DNA from: Takakia lepidozioides
Taxonomy: Eukaryota; Plantae; Bryophyta
Direction: 5' to 3'
Assembly (NCBI GenBank): GCA_030704615.1
Contig: CM060734.1
Location: 16,988,001-17,052,000, forward strand
DNA length: 64,000 nt
Part shown: positions 23,621 to 36,751 of the stretch, in pieces
Layout: each line of letters begins with the position of its first letter
Position numbering within the stretch: the stretch's first letter is position 1
Program-made: the position numbers and the translations under genes
Notes under the pieces: generated by a model
What the model saw: only the letters and a program-made list of their open reading frames with translations
The model's database searches: none
What the model was told of the DNA's origin: nothing

Positions 23621-26600
23621 TGCTAAACCCTCTTTGGGAGTCATACTCAATTTCTCGATAACATCAAAGTTACAGTAATAACTTTTTCAGGCTGTCTTTC
23701 AGGAAAGCCAGCGGTGGATCTTCAGGAGATACAGTCATTTCTGGCGAGTCTGTTTTCGACAGCCCCCTTTCCAATTTTCTGCTCCCTGTTTATGCCGAAG
23801 CAATGGCACTTCACGCGGCCGAGTCCCTATCCCCTGACTTTTTAGTGGCCAGCCGTAGGTGTATCCAGCGTGGATCCGGTGTTCTAAAATACTTAGACTT
23901 AGATGCAGAGGAAGAGGGGATACATTGTACTGACTCTGAGTCAGACTGAACTGTATTCTTTTAATATTCATTTTCATATTATCTGGAAAACGTTGAATCC
24001 CCTTCCTCTACCGTAGTTGTTCCTTTAGAACAAATAATAATCACAGAATCAACTTTCGTTTAATTGCTATATGTATGAATCCATCTCACAAACCTTCCTG
24101 ACTCTTCTCATATCCATTGTGCATTCATCTACACTGTATTCATGCGTGCTCCATTCATGAAAGCTTCCTTTGTACAACATCCATTGTACATTCATCCTCT
24201 GTACTCTTTAATCCACCCCACAAACCTTCCACACTCATTTCATATACTTTGTGCATTCGTCAAAAGATTTGGTCATGCATCTTCCTGTCATGAATTTTTG
24301 TCATTGCTCAACATCCATTATACATTCATCCATTTTACTCTTATCCATCCGTCATTCATCCATCTACATACATTTTTCACACTCATCCATCTGTTTATCA
24401 TCCAACTGTACATTCATCCCCTTTATTCAATGCCTTTATTATGTCGTCCAGCTTGTTTCCGCGGTAAAGGGTGCCAATCCGCGGGAATACACTCCACTTC
24501 TTTCTGGGTGCGTGGTGACTCGGCCTTCACGTGTGATGACGTGGACTGAGCCCCGTGACGTGGCATTTGCGCAAGGTGACGTGGCGTGAGCGCAGTTGCG
24601 CTCACGCGCTCACGTGACCAGGCTCACGCCGAGGCATCCATGGGGTTGAAGAGTGCCTTCTTTGCCGAGCCAGTTCTCGTGCCTCTCGTGACAACGGTGG
24701 GCACATGGGAGGCAGCCTGCGTTTGGGGGGGTGGGCTGGTTGCAAAGTCTCCATCGGAGTCCTCTTCCTCACCCTCTTCCTGAACCGGCTGTTTCTGCTT
24801 CTTCGTTTTGGCGGGTGTCACAACAGCTGCTCCTTGCTGGCGAGTCCTCTTCTTCGACCCCTTCTGTTGGGCCTGCACAGCTGCATCCACCGTCTTTTGT
24901 GCCATCTCAGCTGCCTTTCTGGATTCTTCCAGAGCAGCAGATTCCTTTGCCGACTTTGGCCCAGCAGGGACACGTCTTTCCTTTCTCTTCTCTTATGCCA
25001 AGGCGTGCAGATCTTTCTCAGACTCGTCAACAATACCGCCAGACATGTCCAGGTACCACGGGCATCCAACGAGATGCGCGGGATGCCATTGTTTCTGCAT
25101 CTCGGGTGTGTAGACACAGCTTGGGCCCGCCACGGTCCAAGCCATGAAGAACGGGGGCTCTTGAGCCAGGGCCCCTGTCTGAAGGAGCACGTATTTCATA
25201 TACCTGCAAGGCAGTCAGCATGCGTGAGCAAAAGTTGAGACCAACCTACTCGCAGAGTGCCACCGAAAACATAAAATGCGAATGCGGTGCCGCATTTCCG
25301 AGACAAACCTCGTAACCAGGCTTCGCATACAAGGGCAGCTGTGCTTCACCTGTAAACAATTCGCATTGCAGTTTTCCCCGCTCCCTCCTGATGTGTAAAC
25401 TCCACGCTCCTTCTTGCTGTCTGTAGCTCTCTGGCGAAAAGGTTGTCCTTGTACGCACATCTGAAACGTGTCACGTAGTCTTCCAATGTCTGTGTTCCAT
25501 CCCATTTGACGTACAAGCCGAATGAATTTGTGTGCATTACGACTTGCTCCTTCGCATTCGACATTACCTGCGATTCCCAAATGCATTGTCACGTAGCAGT
25601 TCAGGGAATTCATTTCAGAAAAGCAAATCTGGGGAAGTACCTTGAATTACCTGGAACCACCAAGTCATACGGTTGAGCCACACATCCACTGCAGGGTCGG
25701 AAACTTCGAGTGGAAAAGACCACATTGTCCTTATGCTCTCGGATGCATTCCAGATCGACAGCCACCGTGTCTGCCATTTCCGATCCAATGTCAGGAGCTG
25801 GAAGAGAGTGGCTATTGCTAGGAAGGAACTTCAGTGCATTGAAACCTCACCTTCTCTTTCGCCTCCACACATGCCGTTGAGAGGTGATGCAGTTTCTCCA
25901 ATTGCATGGTCGGCTGCATGGCCCGAGAATAGTGTTTTGCAATCTCGGGGATGAAGTCCTTTCCAAGTGCCGGATCTGCAATTGCCACCAGCTTCACAAG
26001 CTTTGACTTGTATTTGGTTATGGACTTGACACCGGCTTCCTTCAAGTGCTCAGTCAATGACTGCAACGTTTTGACCTGCCCCTCACTTTCCATGAAGAAG
26101 CGTTTGGCATGGGCCAAATCCAGCTTGATGTTTGACTGCCAACAAAAACATGCATAAGCGTTACATTCGATTCATGTGGAAAGATTACTGGAAATTGGGG
26201 AAGGATGAGCAGAGGGAAATTGGAGGACGACTTACTTCGTATATCACCTCCACCATTCCATCCATAGTGAGACGATACCATGTCCGGTCTGTTTTTGCAA
26301 CGGCTTTCTGAATGAGCTCGGGCTCCAGCATTTCCGCAAACATCTGCGGATCAGTGAGACCAGTTTTCCTCACCCTGTACAGCATATGTGCCATGTGGGT
26401 ATGCACGTACGCATTCTCAGTGACCCTGCAAGGCACACTCTCCAGTTCAGTACACGGAAGAGTAACCGAAATGCGGCACCGCATTTCGAACGTGCTAGGG
26501 AGGGTATGAGTATCTTACGAGTTGAGGTCCGCCATGGCATTCTTGAGCAGGGAGGAGTCTGCCGCCTTCACCTTGAGGATGACACACTCCACCATGTAAT

Positions 26601-28389
26601 GCCAGCCAATGTGCTTGGCATGGTTCTGCTTGATGTACTCCCACCAGGCGAGAAGTCGGTGATTCCCGTCCCACACAAAGAACATTTTACCAGACATATG
26701 GCCGAAGTCTGGATCACCCTTCAACGTCGCCTCGAATTTGTCGTTGCGAGTGTGCCAGTGGGTATCCCACGTTGACAATTCATCGGCAGTGGGTCCACGA
26801 GTTTCGCCGTCCTCATTCTCAATGGAAACGTAAAACGCTGCCGATCCCAGACGGTACCCTTCTCGAAATGCGAACTTCAGCTTATCCACATCTCCAGGAA
26901 GGGCCTGCCTGACGATGGGAAGGGAGACCATGCGACAAAGTGGGATTCGAAGAGTCCGCTGGAATACCCTGCTCCCCAGAACTCTGCCAATGCTACTGTG
27001 TGTCTCCTCCAACATTTTATCCGCTGCACTTTTGAAATCCTCCGGAGACATGTCTGTAGGTGCCGGTAGTGGCTGAGCAGCTGGAGCATCCTCAACTAGA
27101 GCTGCACTCTGGGGCCTGTCTGCGGACAATTCTGCCATTGCAGAGGCCTCCTCCGGGCCTGCTTGCTCATCGGTGGTGAGGTCTTGCTGCGAACGTTGAG
27201 CGGCAGCACCCTCCTCCGGTACCAAATCGAGATCAACGGTCGATCCCATTGCCTTCGCTGCAGCAGAGTCGGCCCCAACATCTACAGGCGGGAAATCCTC
27301 CAGGAACTGAGCTTCAGCTCGTGGAAGCGGTTTTGCGGGAGATTGTTCGGCCGTCGCCCTGATTGCCTTCTGCTTCCTCATCCTTGCAGGTGAAGGTGTC
27401 TGCTGCAATTGAATCTGCCTTTTACCCTGCTGCTTCATTCGCGTTGGGGGGGGTGAATCGGCCTGAGCCGGTTCAGAAGCCAGTAGAGGGACGGGCTGCT
27501 TCTTCTTCGACTTTGCTGGAGAAGGGCCCGACCCCTGCTGGCGATTCTCCATGACCAAAGAACGCGAGTCGATCTCTGGGGCTTTGAACTTGCCCTTCGA
27601 AGCCGCGTCTTTGAATCGCACAGGGCTAGGCCCGGCAGGAATACCCGCGCTCGGGGATCGGGTGGGTGTACGTGCTGCAGCTAGCTCCTCGGACTCTTCC
27701 TGCGGCTCTTTGGATTCCTGCGATCCCTCCAGCACATCCACCTTTCCTATTAGGCATGCAAACATGTTCTGCATTCAAGTCTCCTAGCATTCAGTCTAAG
27801 AATTACAGAAGCAAAATGGGGGGTTCGGTGCTCGATCAGCTGCGCGCAGCCCGATCGCATAGAGCTCTCACTGGTGGCTGGGTTGCCTGAGTGGCCTGCT
27901 GCTCGGAGATGGCAATCTCCTCCTGTAGATGCATCTGCTTCCTCCCCTTCGGCATTGGCCTACGTCCGAAGTATAATTTCCGGACCTTGCGACGAGGTCT
28001 CCTGTCTGGTGCACGAACTCCCCCCTCTCAGGTTCGAGCATAAGAAGAACGGAGAGAGGGAAAAGGGCAAAGAGTGCAGATGGAAAGGGCGCGAGAGGGG
28101 TGACTGAGGAGACACCACAAAAGTAGATGAAACGGCGGTGATGCACCACTTGGGTTCGAAAGGGTTGGACGAAAGTGTCTCCTCGTGGACTTTGCGTCAT
28201 TACGAAATTCGAATCGTTCAGGGTACGCCTGCCGTCCGAAAAACAAACATCATTATCCAACGGTCAGGCCGCGCCGCCTCATGCCCCTTCAGTCAGATAG
28301 AGTGCCGACATGTGCAGCAATTCCGTTGCTCCACGTGTTCACATTTCAAGGCATTTCCGTCCCAGCGTCTGATGAGTTGAAGTGAAAAT

Positions 28390-29680
28390 GCGAATGCGGC
28401 GCCGCATTTCCGTTAAGTACCATCACGAAGCTACACATCCGTACTTGTTGGAAGAAAATGCGGCACCGCATTTCCGTTCCACCTTCACATACCTTAGTTG
28501 TTGAACGGAAATACGGTGCCGCATTTCCGTCCCACAGCTCCATGTATGAGATACAAAAGGGAAATGCGGCGCCGCATTTCCGTTCTGGAATGTCGAAAGG
28601 TGCGATTCGGACGGAAATGAGGCACAACATTTCAGTTCCCGTGGTTCATGATTTTCAATGTGAACGGAAATGCGGTACCGCATTTCCGTTCCCCCTTCAC
28701 ATACGTTAGTTGATGAACGGAAATGCCGTGCCACATTTCCGTTCGGGAAAGTATAGAGGTCTCACCTGGACAGAAATGCGGTGCCGCATTTCCGGTCTGG
28801 AAAGTTTGAAGGTCTCACATGGATGGAAATGCGGCACCACATTTCCGTACCACAGCTCCAGGCCCCATATACAAAACGGAAATGCGGCGCCGCATTTCCG
28901 TTCTAGAATGTCGGAAGGTGCGACTCGGACGGAAATGCGGTGCCGCATTTCTGTTCCCGTTGCGCACGATTTTCAGTCAGAACGGAAATGCGGTACCGCA
29001 TTTCCGTTCTGTAGAGTATTAACGTCTGACGCTGGCGGAAATGCTGTGCCGCATTTTCGTTCCACAGCTCCATGCCTCACATACAAAACGGAAATGCGGC
29101 GCCGCATTTCCGTTTTGGAATGTCGGAAGGTGCGACTCCGACGGAAATGCGGTACCGCATTTCAGTTCCGATGTTTCAGGATATTTCATCAGAACGGAAA
29201 TGCGGTGCCGCATTTCCGTTCTGGAATGTTGGGAGGTGCGACTCGGATGGAAATGCGCTGCCGCATTTCAGTTCCGATGGTTCACGATTTTCAGTCAGAA
29301 CGGAAATGCGGTACCGCATTTCCTTTCTGGATAGTATGAATGTCTCAAGCGGTCGGATCGCACTTGGCTCCATGCATCAGATACAAAATGGAAATGCGGC
29401 GCCGCATTTCCGTTCTGGAATGTCAGAAAGTGCGACTCCGACAGAAATGCGGTGCCGCATTTCTGTTCCCGTTGTTCATAATTCTCAATCAGAACGGAAA
29501 TGCGGTACCGCATTTCCGTTCCACCTTCACATACCGTGCTTGCTGGATGGAAATGCGTTACCGCATTTCCGTTCTGGAGAGTATAAAGGTTTCCCCCGGA
29601 CGGAAACTCGGTGCCGCATTTCCGTCGCTCTGGTGCATGACCAAGAAGCAATACGGAAATGCGGCGCCGTATTTCCGTCC
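28390..29680. repeat. Palindrome array 2 of element A: ~24 copies of GGAAATGCGGYRCCGCATTTCC at a 53-bp period
   Basis: Starts at 28454, 28507, 28560, 28613, 28666, 28719 ... 29302, one 88-bp step, then 29390, 29443 ... 29655. Lies between the divergent ParB-MTase and transposase genes. Confidence 0.95.
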
Positions 29681-30090
29681 ACCAGCAATCGAAAGAATCA
29701 CTCGGGACGGGAAATCTGGAACCTCAATGGGTTGCATTGTTCGGAAACAACATTGCGGCCAGTCTTGATGAGCACAACTTGGTTGTCTGACCGTTTTAAC
29801 TAACAGTCCTGGCACTTGTCAGTGCGAATGTTCCTGTCTGCCCTGAGAATACTGCTGGATCCACCCTCAGGAGAAACTGTCAGGAGATGTTATTTCGTCG
29901 CCGAATCGGCCATCATTGTCATACTTACTGGCTATGGAATCAAACCTCCCACCTTCATGCATGTAGCTTGAAACAATACTTTCCACTTCAATGTGTGACT
30001 TCCAATCGTCGATGGACTCCGCATGGTGCCTATGAGCCTTGGTCTGTCGCTATACTGAACCTCGCACTTGCCAATTCCGTGCGGTGTTCG

Positions 30091-33000
30091 ATGGCTCCGA
30101 ATTCCTACGCTATAGTTTGCTGTCCTCCGCAACTTGGGAGAGCCTGGATCCCAAACGAGGGAGGACTTTGCAGAGTGACTGAAACTTACCTTTGTTCCAA
30201 ATTCAAGCTCAAACCGGGCACAGTTTATTTGGAAGAAGAAAGGAAGGATGTTCCTGGACAGGTTGACGAGACCATTGTCGTGCTAGGTAACGACGGAGGT
30301 TGCGGAATCGAATGGCACGTTCCCCCATCAGACACCATCCTGTACCGAGCTGTGGGAATGCCCATTCCCTTTCCGAATCAGTCGCTGCCCACACCATCCA
30401 CAAAGGAGTCCGGAAACCAAGAGGCAGCCACTGCCAACAGAGAGGTATGCAACGATAATCATTCCCGACCTGGACCGTCAAGACCCTCCATAGCTTCTCG
30501 TGTGGACGTATTCGACATTTCCGACGAGGAAGATGATTGCATTGAGGTACCCATGTCCTCCACACGGTCGTTCAAATCCGGCATGGACGTCTCTGTCGGT
30601 GCTACGCATGTGCCCTCGAGCATAACTCCAACCCGGTCCATTGTGCAGCTCCTACGACAACATCACCTCGATGGTTCTCGCTCCGAGCTGGCTGCTCTCG
30701 ACTATGCCAAATTTCCAGTCAGAAAGGTAACGTTTCTGCCTCCCGAAGTTGATGGCAATGTCATCTTCGAGTTTCCACCTATTTCTTCGTCAAACAAAGC
30801 CTCCGGGATGTTAACAGACATGGATCGAAAGCATGACGGACACCCCTGGTGTGTGACGAAGACCAGTAGCACGAAAATTGCTGATGGTGTTCGTGTACGA
30901 TATGTCCTCTGTGCGGGGAAGCTGAGGTGCCTCAATCCCACCTGCTTCCACTTTCTCTCCAAAGGAGGGCGGAGAAACGAAACGGATTGGACTGGCACAA
31001 CGCATCATCCATTCATTGTCTCCAGTCAAGCTCCTGCGGGTTCTTTCAAGTGTGCACATTGCAAAGAACCACCGACGTGCATGTCCATGTGCAGAGCCAA
31101 GCAATATTACGTTATCCATTTGCTCCCGGACTTGACTAGAGCTTGCATACACGTTGGGGTCCACTGCCACCCCTTGGCGAGAGGCAACATGCGTGAGGCT
31201 GTGCAGGAAGCACACGACATCATAAAAGAGGAGGTGAAATTGAGCCCCGGAGCCAGACCAAAGCAGATTCAGCTGAAGGCAGCCCACAAGATTGCTCTTG
31301 GCAAAATCATGTCTGAAGATGGTTCCGACTGAGAGCCCTTGACCGAAGACGAGATGCGTGACCTCTTGGAGTCCGTCTCGCACGTTTGTAGTCCGAATGT
31401 GCGGAATCACATCGTATCTTGCAAGCAGGAGTTCGGCAGGGGGTCGGACATGTACTCAATCCTGGAGGTGAAACGAATGACTGGATATGACTACATCCAA
31501 GGTAGCAAGTTTCCAGGGCAAGGCAGCGAATCCGATCGTTGTTACATTTTCAAAATGTCGACGTGTGGGCCTGGGAGTGGAGTCGACTTGGTCACTCGCA
31601 TGACAACTGGAAACTTGTCGAATGCTTGGGTGATGTTTGATCACATCAAGCGAATTACAAACCATCAGTGGGTGACTATGGGTGCGCATGTTTATGACTA
31701 TCACTCCAAGAGGCTCATGACAATTGCAATCTGCGAGATGAAAGGGGAGGACACACAGTCCGAGATGCATCTGTGGGAGGGCATAAACGAGCAGATGGCA
31801 AGGGCGGGATTGCCAGAGCCCAATTTCAGGGGATTCATGGCAGACAACGCTCAGACCAACTGGGCAGCGGTGCGGCGTGTGTACGGTGAGGACCCCAATG
31901 TTCCAATGGAGGGGAAAGAGAGATCCTGTGGATTCCATTGGATGCAGAGTCTATCCCACTACACTACCAAATTTGTTGCTAGCTCATTCCAGGCTGAACA
32001 CCGTGTCCTTTGTACGGCGTGGAAGGATGCACCCACATTTGATGACGCGGAGGTTAAGTTTGCTATCATCGAGGCTTGGTGGAACACGTCAGGTGCAGTG
32101 GAGACAACCAATCTGGGAGCATTGCACAGCTGGTTGGGGTGGTGGCATTTTCGGTATCGACAGTTCGGACAGTACATGCGGGAGGTAGGCTGCTGTCAAT
32201 TTCGTTCATTTGTCTTTCTGTTACGGACATTTCGATTGGTCCCTCACCATTGTTTGTGTCCTTCTAGGAGCGGTGCTTGGATTCCGACACGGACATGCCG
32301 AACACGAATATGGCAGAATCGGTCCACTCCTCCTGGCGAGCGTCTTCTGCCGCACATCTGGTGGACGTAGTGACGGCCACAACGGAGGACATCGACAGAG
32401 CAATCATGCAGCAAGCCACGTACTACAAGTTCCTGAGCGGCAAACAATGGGGCTTTGGGCCGGACAGGGAGGAATTGTTGGTACGAACAGCTTCGAGGTC
32501 CAAGAATCCAGTGAAATGGGCGACAGCATTGCGAGAGAAGATCAAAGGGACGCCTCTGCACCGCAGAGGTGAACACCTAGAGGGGGACGTCCGGACTCGC
32601 CCTGTCAGGCGGAGGATTGAAGAGGAACCCGGGTGCGAAGAGGATTCCTGGAGATCCGACAGGAACATTCGGACAGCACCTCGAGGTCCCGTCATGTTGC
32701 CGCACAATGTGTCTTCCAGCAGTGGAAGCCCAAGAAATTCCAGATCGCCGTCGCCTTCAACCGGGGATTCGTGCAAAAAATTCCCACCGCTCTCTTGCCC
32801 CAGATTCCGCCCGCTGTTATGCAGTATGGCCAAGCCATTGTGGAGACGACTGTGTCTGCCTCACAGTGGAGAATTGCTCGCACAAAGCCGTCGTTTCGAG
32901 GAAGGTGTTCCGCAATTCGTGTGGATACACGGCAACGTTGTTTAGAGATGATAAGGAGGAATCCAGATGGGGCTGTCCCTGCTCCTACTTTTACAGGAAG

Positions 33001-33696
33001 ATTTGTCCATGCAAAGTTTGCGGAGGCGACAACCACCCAGTTCTGGTTCTGCAGGCACGACATTATGACTTGCGTGTATGGAAAGCCCAAGTACGGCATA
33101 CAAACAATGCCAGAGGCTCCCCCGGTGTGGCCGGTGGAACCAGGCTGCGATCTGAGTCAGGTTGAGGCCGACGCCCTTACCGCCGCAGGATTTCGGATGG
33201 TGCAGCGCACTGACGTCCCCAGAGAACCATTTCCGCTTCCACAGCCTCCACCACCAACCCCTGTGAGAGCAAGAACAATGGGACACGACAGCTCTAAGCA
33301 TCCTACACACCGTTGGGGGAAACCGAAGAGGCGGCGACCTCCCTCAAAAGTGAACGAGACAAGGATGGGGAATGCACTTCGGATGAACTGTACAATCCAG
33401 AGCTCGACAGAAGTGCCCCCACCAGGATTGGGCGTGTGTATCAGATGGCCACGGCGGGCTCAGCTGTTTGCAATGAGGTGTACACCATCACCATTTCAGA
33501 ATTATCCACCTGCAATTGCACCGACTTCCAGATCATGGCGAACAAGGGGGCATCATACTGCCCTTGCAAGCATTTGTACTACGTGTACCTAAAGAGACTC
33601 CGTTGTAATTCCACAACTCATCACTTCATACATGCACCAGGGTTGAGCCCCCAGGAGGTTCACACTCTTCTGAATATGGATCCAGGGGACCAGTGA
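30091..33696 (+). pseudogene. Element A MULE-type transposase (GCM-like DBD, DDE, SWIM)
   Basis: HDGHPWCVTKT...CAGKLRC...CIHVGVHCHP; WVMFDH; GFMADN; CGFHW; NMAESVHSSW; SWIM CNCTDF...CKHLY. In-frame stop at 31330, intron 32185-32267, frameshifts. Confidence 0.88.
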
Positions 33697-34548
33697 GCTT
33701 GGCTTGCGGTCCCCATACAATGGTACGCCCATCCTTTTCGGATAGTAGAACTGTACTGCTGCCAGTACCTCAGACTCTGGCCACAGAAAGGTCCGACATA
33801 TGTCTTGCCTACCAGTAACCTGTTTTGCTCGAACTAAGATATTACTATATCGTTCACTTGTTTCCACGTGCATGTATTTTTGTATATTGGAGGGTTCATG
33901 TTTTTCTGCTTTCCGAAATCTTGCTTTCCTCATTCGACCTCCGACAAGGAAATGCGGCGCCGCATTTCCAAGTATCGTCGTAGGTACTGGTAGAGGCGGC
34001 CTTCGCCAACACCAAACCGCTCCGAAATTTCGCACGTGCGAACCCTAATGCGGCACCTTATTTCCCAGTTCAGTTGCAAACCTTTCCCGCCGAATACCCG
34101 AAGAAGACAGAATTGTGAAGTACTGCAGACTGTATTGGTGCAGACTCCATTGGTTCAATCGCGGCAAAAGGGTCAGCTTCATTCCAATGTTAAGGCATGT
34201 AAAACCGCGGACTACTCTATACAGGCCAGTATGCGACGTCCTTTTGCAGTGGTATACTGGATTTCCCGTTGCACGGTCACTTATTTCCATGAGCGGATCT
34301 ATAAAACCATGAGCGGACTTGTTACTGACGACATATCTTCGCCGCATTACATGATCTGGAACGTCCAAAAACGGCAAGGTCAAATTAAAAAACTATTATT
34401 TTAATACTTGTTTAATCTGCCGCATTTCCAAATTTGGAGGAGTCCGCTCATGAAATCCGCGTATCTTAGACTTCGGCTCACCGCTCATGCGGCTCATGCG
34501 GCTCATGGCTCATGGCTCATGGTTTCTGCTCATGAAATAGTAAACCTC

Positions 34549-36751
34549 CATCCAAATACCCATGAACAAACTTGGCCTCCAACTTGAGAATGTCCTTGAC
34601 GAGGGGTGGACGAACGACGGGCATGGAAACCAACCTACACAGGGGAATCTTCAACCTCCCACCCGGGGCAAGCATACTTTGCACCACAAGCTGAGAGTTT
34701 ACCTTCTGACCCCCCAACATCTCAGCGGCTTTGCTTTCATAGAACTCATCGTCCACATCAACAATTATCTCCTTCTCCTGACCCGAAGGGACCTCATCTG
34801 CCACACTTTGCATCTTCTCCTGCAGGGTTGTTCATTCAACTTGATATTAGAGAGGCATGAAACGTCGGCTGAGGCATGAAAAAGTGGGCTCAAAGAGTGT
34901 GCGTTGACGCACACTATTTTAAGCTGCCAGGTAAGTGTACATTGACCCTCACAGACATGTCATATGTTGCCGAATTCCACAGAAAAAGACAATGTAAAAG
35001 TGGGCTCAAACAGTGTGCGTTGACGCACACTATTTCACTTGCCAGGTAAATGATCATTGAACATCTACTTGTGCCAGGTAAGTGTTCATTGTAAACTCCA
35101 AGATATGCGGCCGATTTCGGATGAAAAAAGTGAAAAGCTGAGTTCGAACAGTGTGACATGTCCAGCTCAAACAGTGTGCGTTGACGCACACTGTTTGAGT
35201 TGCCAGTGAGGGATTCTTCCATCCACAGAAACCTGCCCTGGAAGTCCGAATTTAACTCGGAAAAAACACTTACATGTTCAGCTCAAACAGTGTGCGCCAA
35301 CGCACACTGTTTAAGCTGCCACTGAATGGTTATTTCATCTTCAAAAACCTGCCCTGGAAGTCCGAATTTAACACCAAAAAAACAGTGACATGTACAGCTC
35401 AAACAGTGTGCGTTGACGCACACTGTTTGAGCTGCCAGTGAGAGATTCTTTCATCCCCAGAAACGTGCCCTAAAGGTCGAATTTCAATCGGAAAAAACAC
35501 TTACATGTTCAGCTCAAACAGTGTGCGCCAACGCACACTGTTTGAGGTGCCACTGAATGGTTATTTTATCATCATAAACCTGCCCTGAAAGTCCGAATTT
35601 AACACCAAAAACACAGTGACATGTACAGCTCAAACAGTGTGCGTTGACGCACACTGTTTGAGCTGTACATGAAGGATTCTTTCATCCTCAGAAACGTGCC
35701 CTAAATGCCGAATTTCAATCGGAAAAAACCGTGACATGTAGAGCTCAAACAGTGTGCGTTGACGCACACTGTTTTGAGCCGCCAGTGAGGGATTCTTTCA
35801 TCCTCAGAAACATGCCCTAAAGGTCGAATTACAGTCGGAAAAAACACTTACATGTTTAGCGCAAACAGTGTGCGCCAACGCACACTGTTTGAGCTGCCAC
35901 TGAATGGTTATTTCATCATCATAAACCTGCCCTGGAAGTCCGAATTTAACACCAAAAAAACAGTGACATGTACAGCTCAAACAGTGTGCGTTGACGCACA
36001 CTGTTTGAGCTGCCAGTGAGGGATTCTTTCATCCTCAGAAACGTGCCCTAAAGGGCGAATTCAACACGGAGAAAACCGTGACATGTAGAGCTCAAACAGT
36101 GTGCGCCAACGCACACTGTTGGAGCTGCCACTAAAGGGTTCTCTCGTCCTGACATACATATCCTGGAAAACCGATATCCAGTCGGAAACAGCAGTGAAAT
36201 GTTCAGCTCAACTCACACTGATTGAGCTTGCAATTTGGGTTGTATTGAACCTGCTGTAGTGCCCAAGTTTGGGCGTTTTGCACCTGAACAATCAAGCAAA
36301 TTGGTAGGCCCAAACAGTGTGCGTTGCCGCACACTGTTTGAGCTTCCAGTTTGCGGTGCTTTCAGCCTGGTGCAGATGTCCTGTGTGGGCTATATTCATA
36401 TCAGCAACGAAACACAAATGTGGGTCTTAAAGATTTCACCTTTTTCTTGGCTGCTCCAGAAGACTCCCCAATTGCCGGGGACCCTTTGCGCTTCGGGCTG
36501 CTCTCTGCGCCGAGCGTGTATGTGAGCCTCTCCCCCTTCCTCTTTCCCGCAGGCAGACTCCTCGTGAGGCCACCTTCAACATCCTCTTCCATCTCGTCTG
36601 TCTCTCCCTCAGATGCAGTGTCCTCTTCATCTGTTCTTGGAACTATGGCGGGCTGCTGTTCTTCTGCTGATTCCTGCTCCTCCATCGCCACACTTTCCTC
36701 TACTCCCTCTTCTACCTCCTTTTCCTCTTCGTCCACTCTTTCCATCCTCAT
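34549..36751 (-). pseudogene. Element C ParB-like gene, 5' part only
   Basis: Acidic/basic exon 1 (36751-~36420), then GGRLKIPLCRLVSMPVVRPPLVKDILKLEAKFVHGY, cut by the right end of element A. Confidence 0.8.
34888..36345. repeat. Element C array: ~12 copies of the 34-bp palindrome CTCAAACAGTGTGCGTTGACGCACACTGTTTGAG at a 115-116-bp period
   Basis: Copies at 34892, 35008, 35169, 35285, 35401, 35516, 35632, 35747, 35863, 35979, 36094, 36312. The centre varies between GCGTTGACGC and GCGCCAACGC. Lies in the first intron of the ParB-like gene. Confidence 0.95.

Larger units (their letters stand above)
13428..24642. mobile_element. MULE-like element B, both ends present (11.2 kb), 9-bp TSD
   Basis: TSD GGGTTGAAG at 13419-13427 and 24643-24651. 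Imperfect 21-nt TIRs CAACGACGCAATGGCGTGAGC and CATGGATGCCTCGGCGTGAGC, with CGTGAGC subterminal repeats. Confidence 0.92.
11628..27774 (-). pseudogene. Element A multi-exon ParB/Srx-like + N6/N4-MTase-like gene, interrupted by element B
   Basis: Exon 27774-26519 has IPLCRMVSLPIVR...KLKFAFREGY...MFFVWDGNHRLLAW (ParB-like). Middle exons match element B's gene. Removing B restores the frame KALFNPPGGHP. C-terminal DMIILDIPDG, then SPAFIQTIMETCTDVEGTVLDLICGT|intron|GASMWAGRFSDRHLFAYEED (SAM-binding motif I-like). Confidence 0.8.
8272..34548. mobile_element. MULE-like element A (~15 kb without nested B): paralog pair, palindrome array, ParB-MTase gene (-), palindrome array, transposase (+)
   Basis: 21-nt imperfect TIRs GGGGGCTGCTATTTCATGAGC (8272) and, reverse-complemented, GAGGTTTACTATTTCATGAGC (34548), with clustered subterminal CATGAGC repeats. 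An A-type palindrome occurs throughout. No TSD, so the exact ends are inferred from the 21-nt pattern in B and C. Confidence 0.75.

Noticed and set aside
28390-29680. CRISPR array (palindromic repeats with constant-length spacers)
   Set aside because: Spacers recur as related types (e.g. GTTCTGGAATGTCGGAAGGTGCGACTCGGAC), repeats are degenerate and also occur singly in introns, no cas genes are present, and the context is eukaryotic.
8263-34557. TSD for element A
   Set aside because: Flanks ACTATAACA and CATCCAAAT do not match, so A cannot be confirmed as a single clean insertion.
34888-36345. CRISPR array or MITE cluster
   Set aside because: Whole ~116-bp units are homologous tandem copies, with no unique spacers and no per-unit TSDs.
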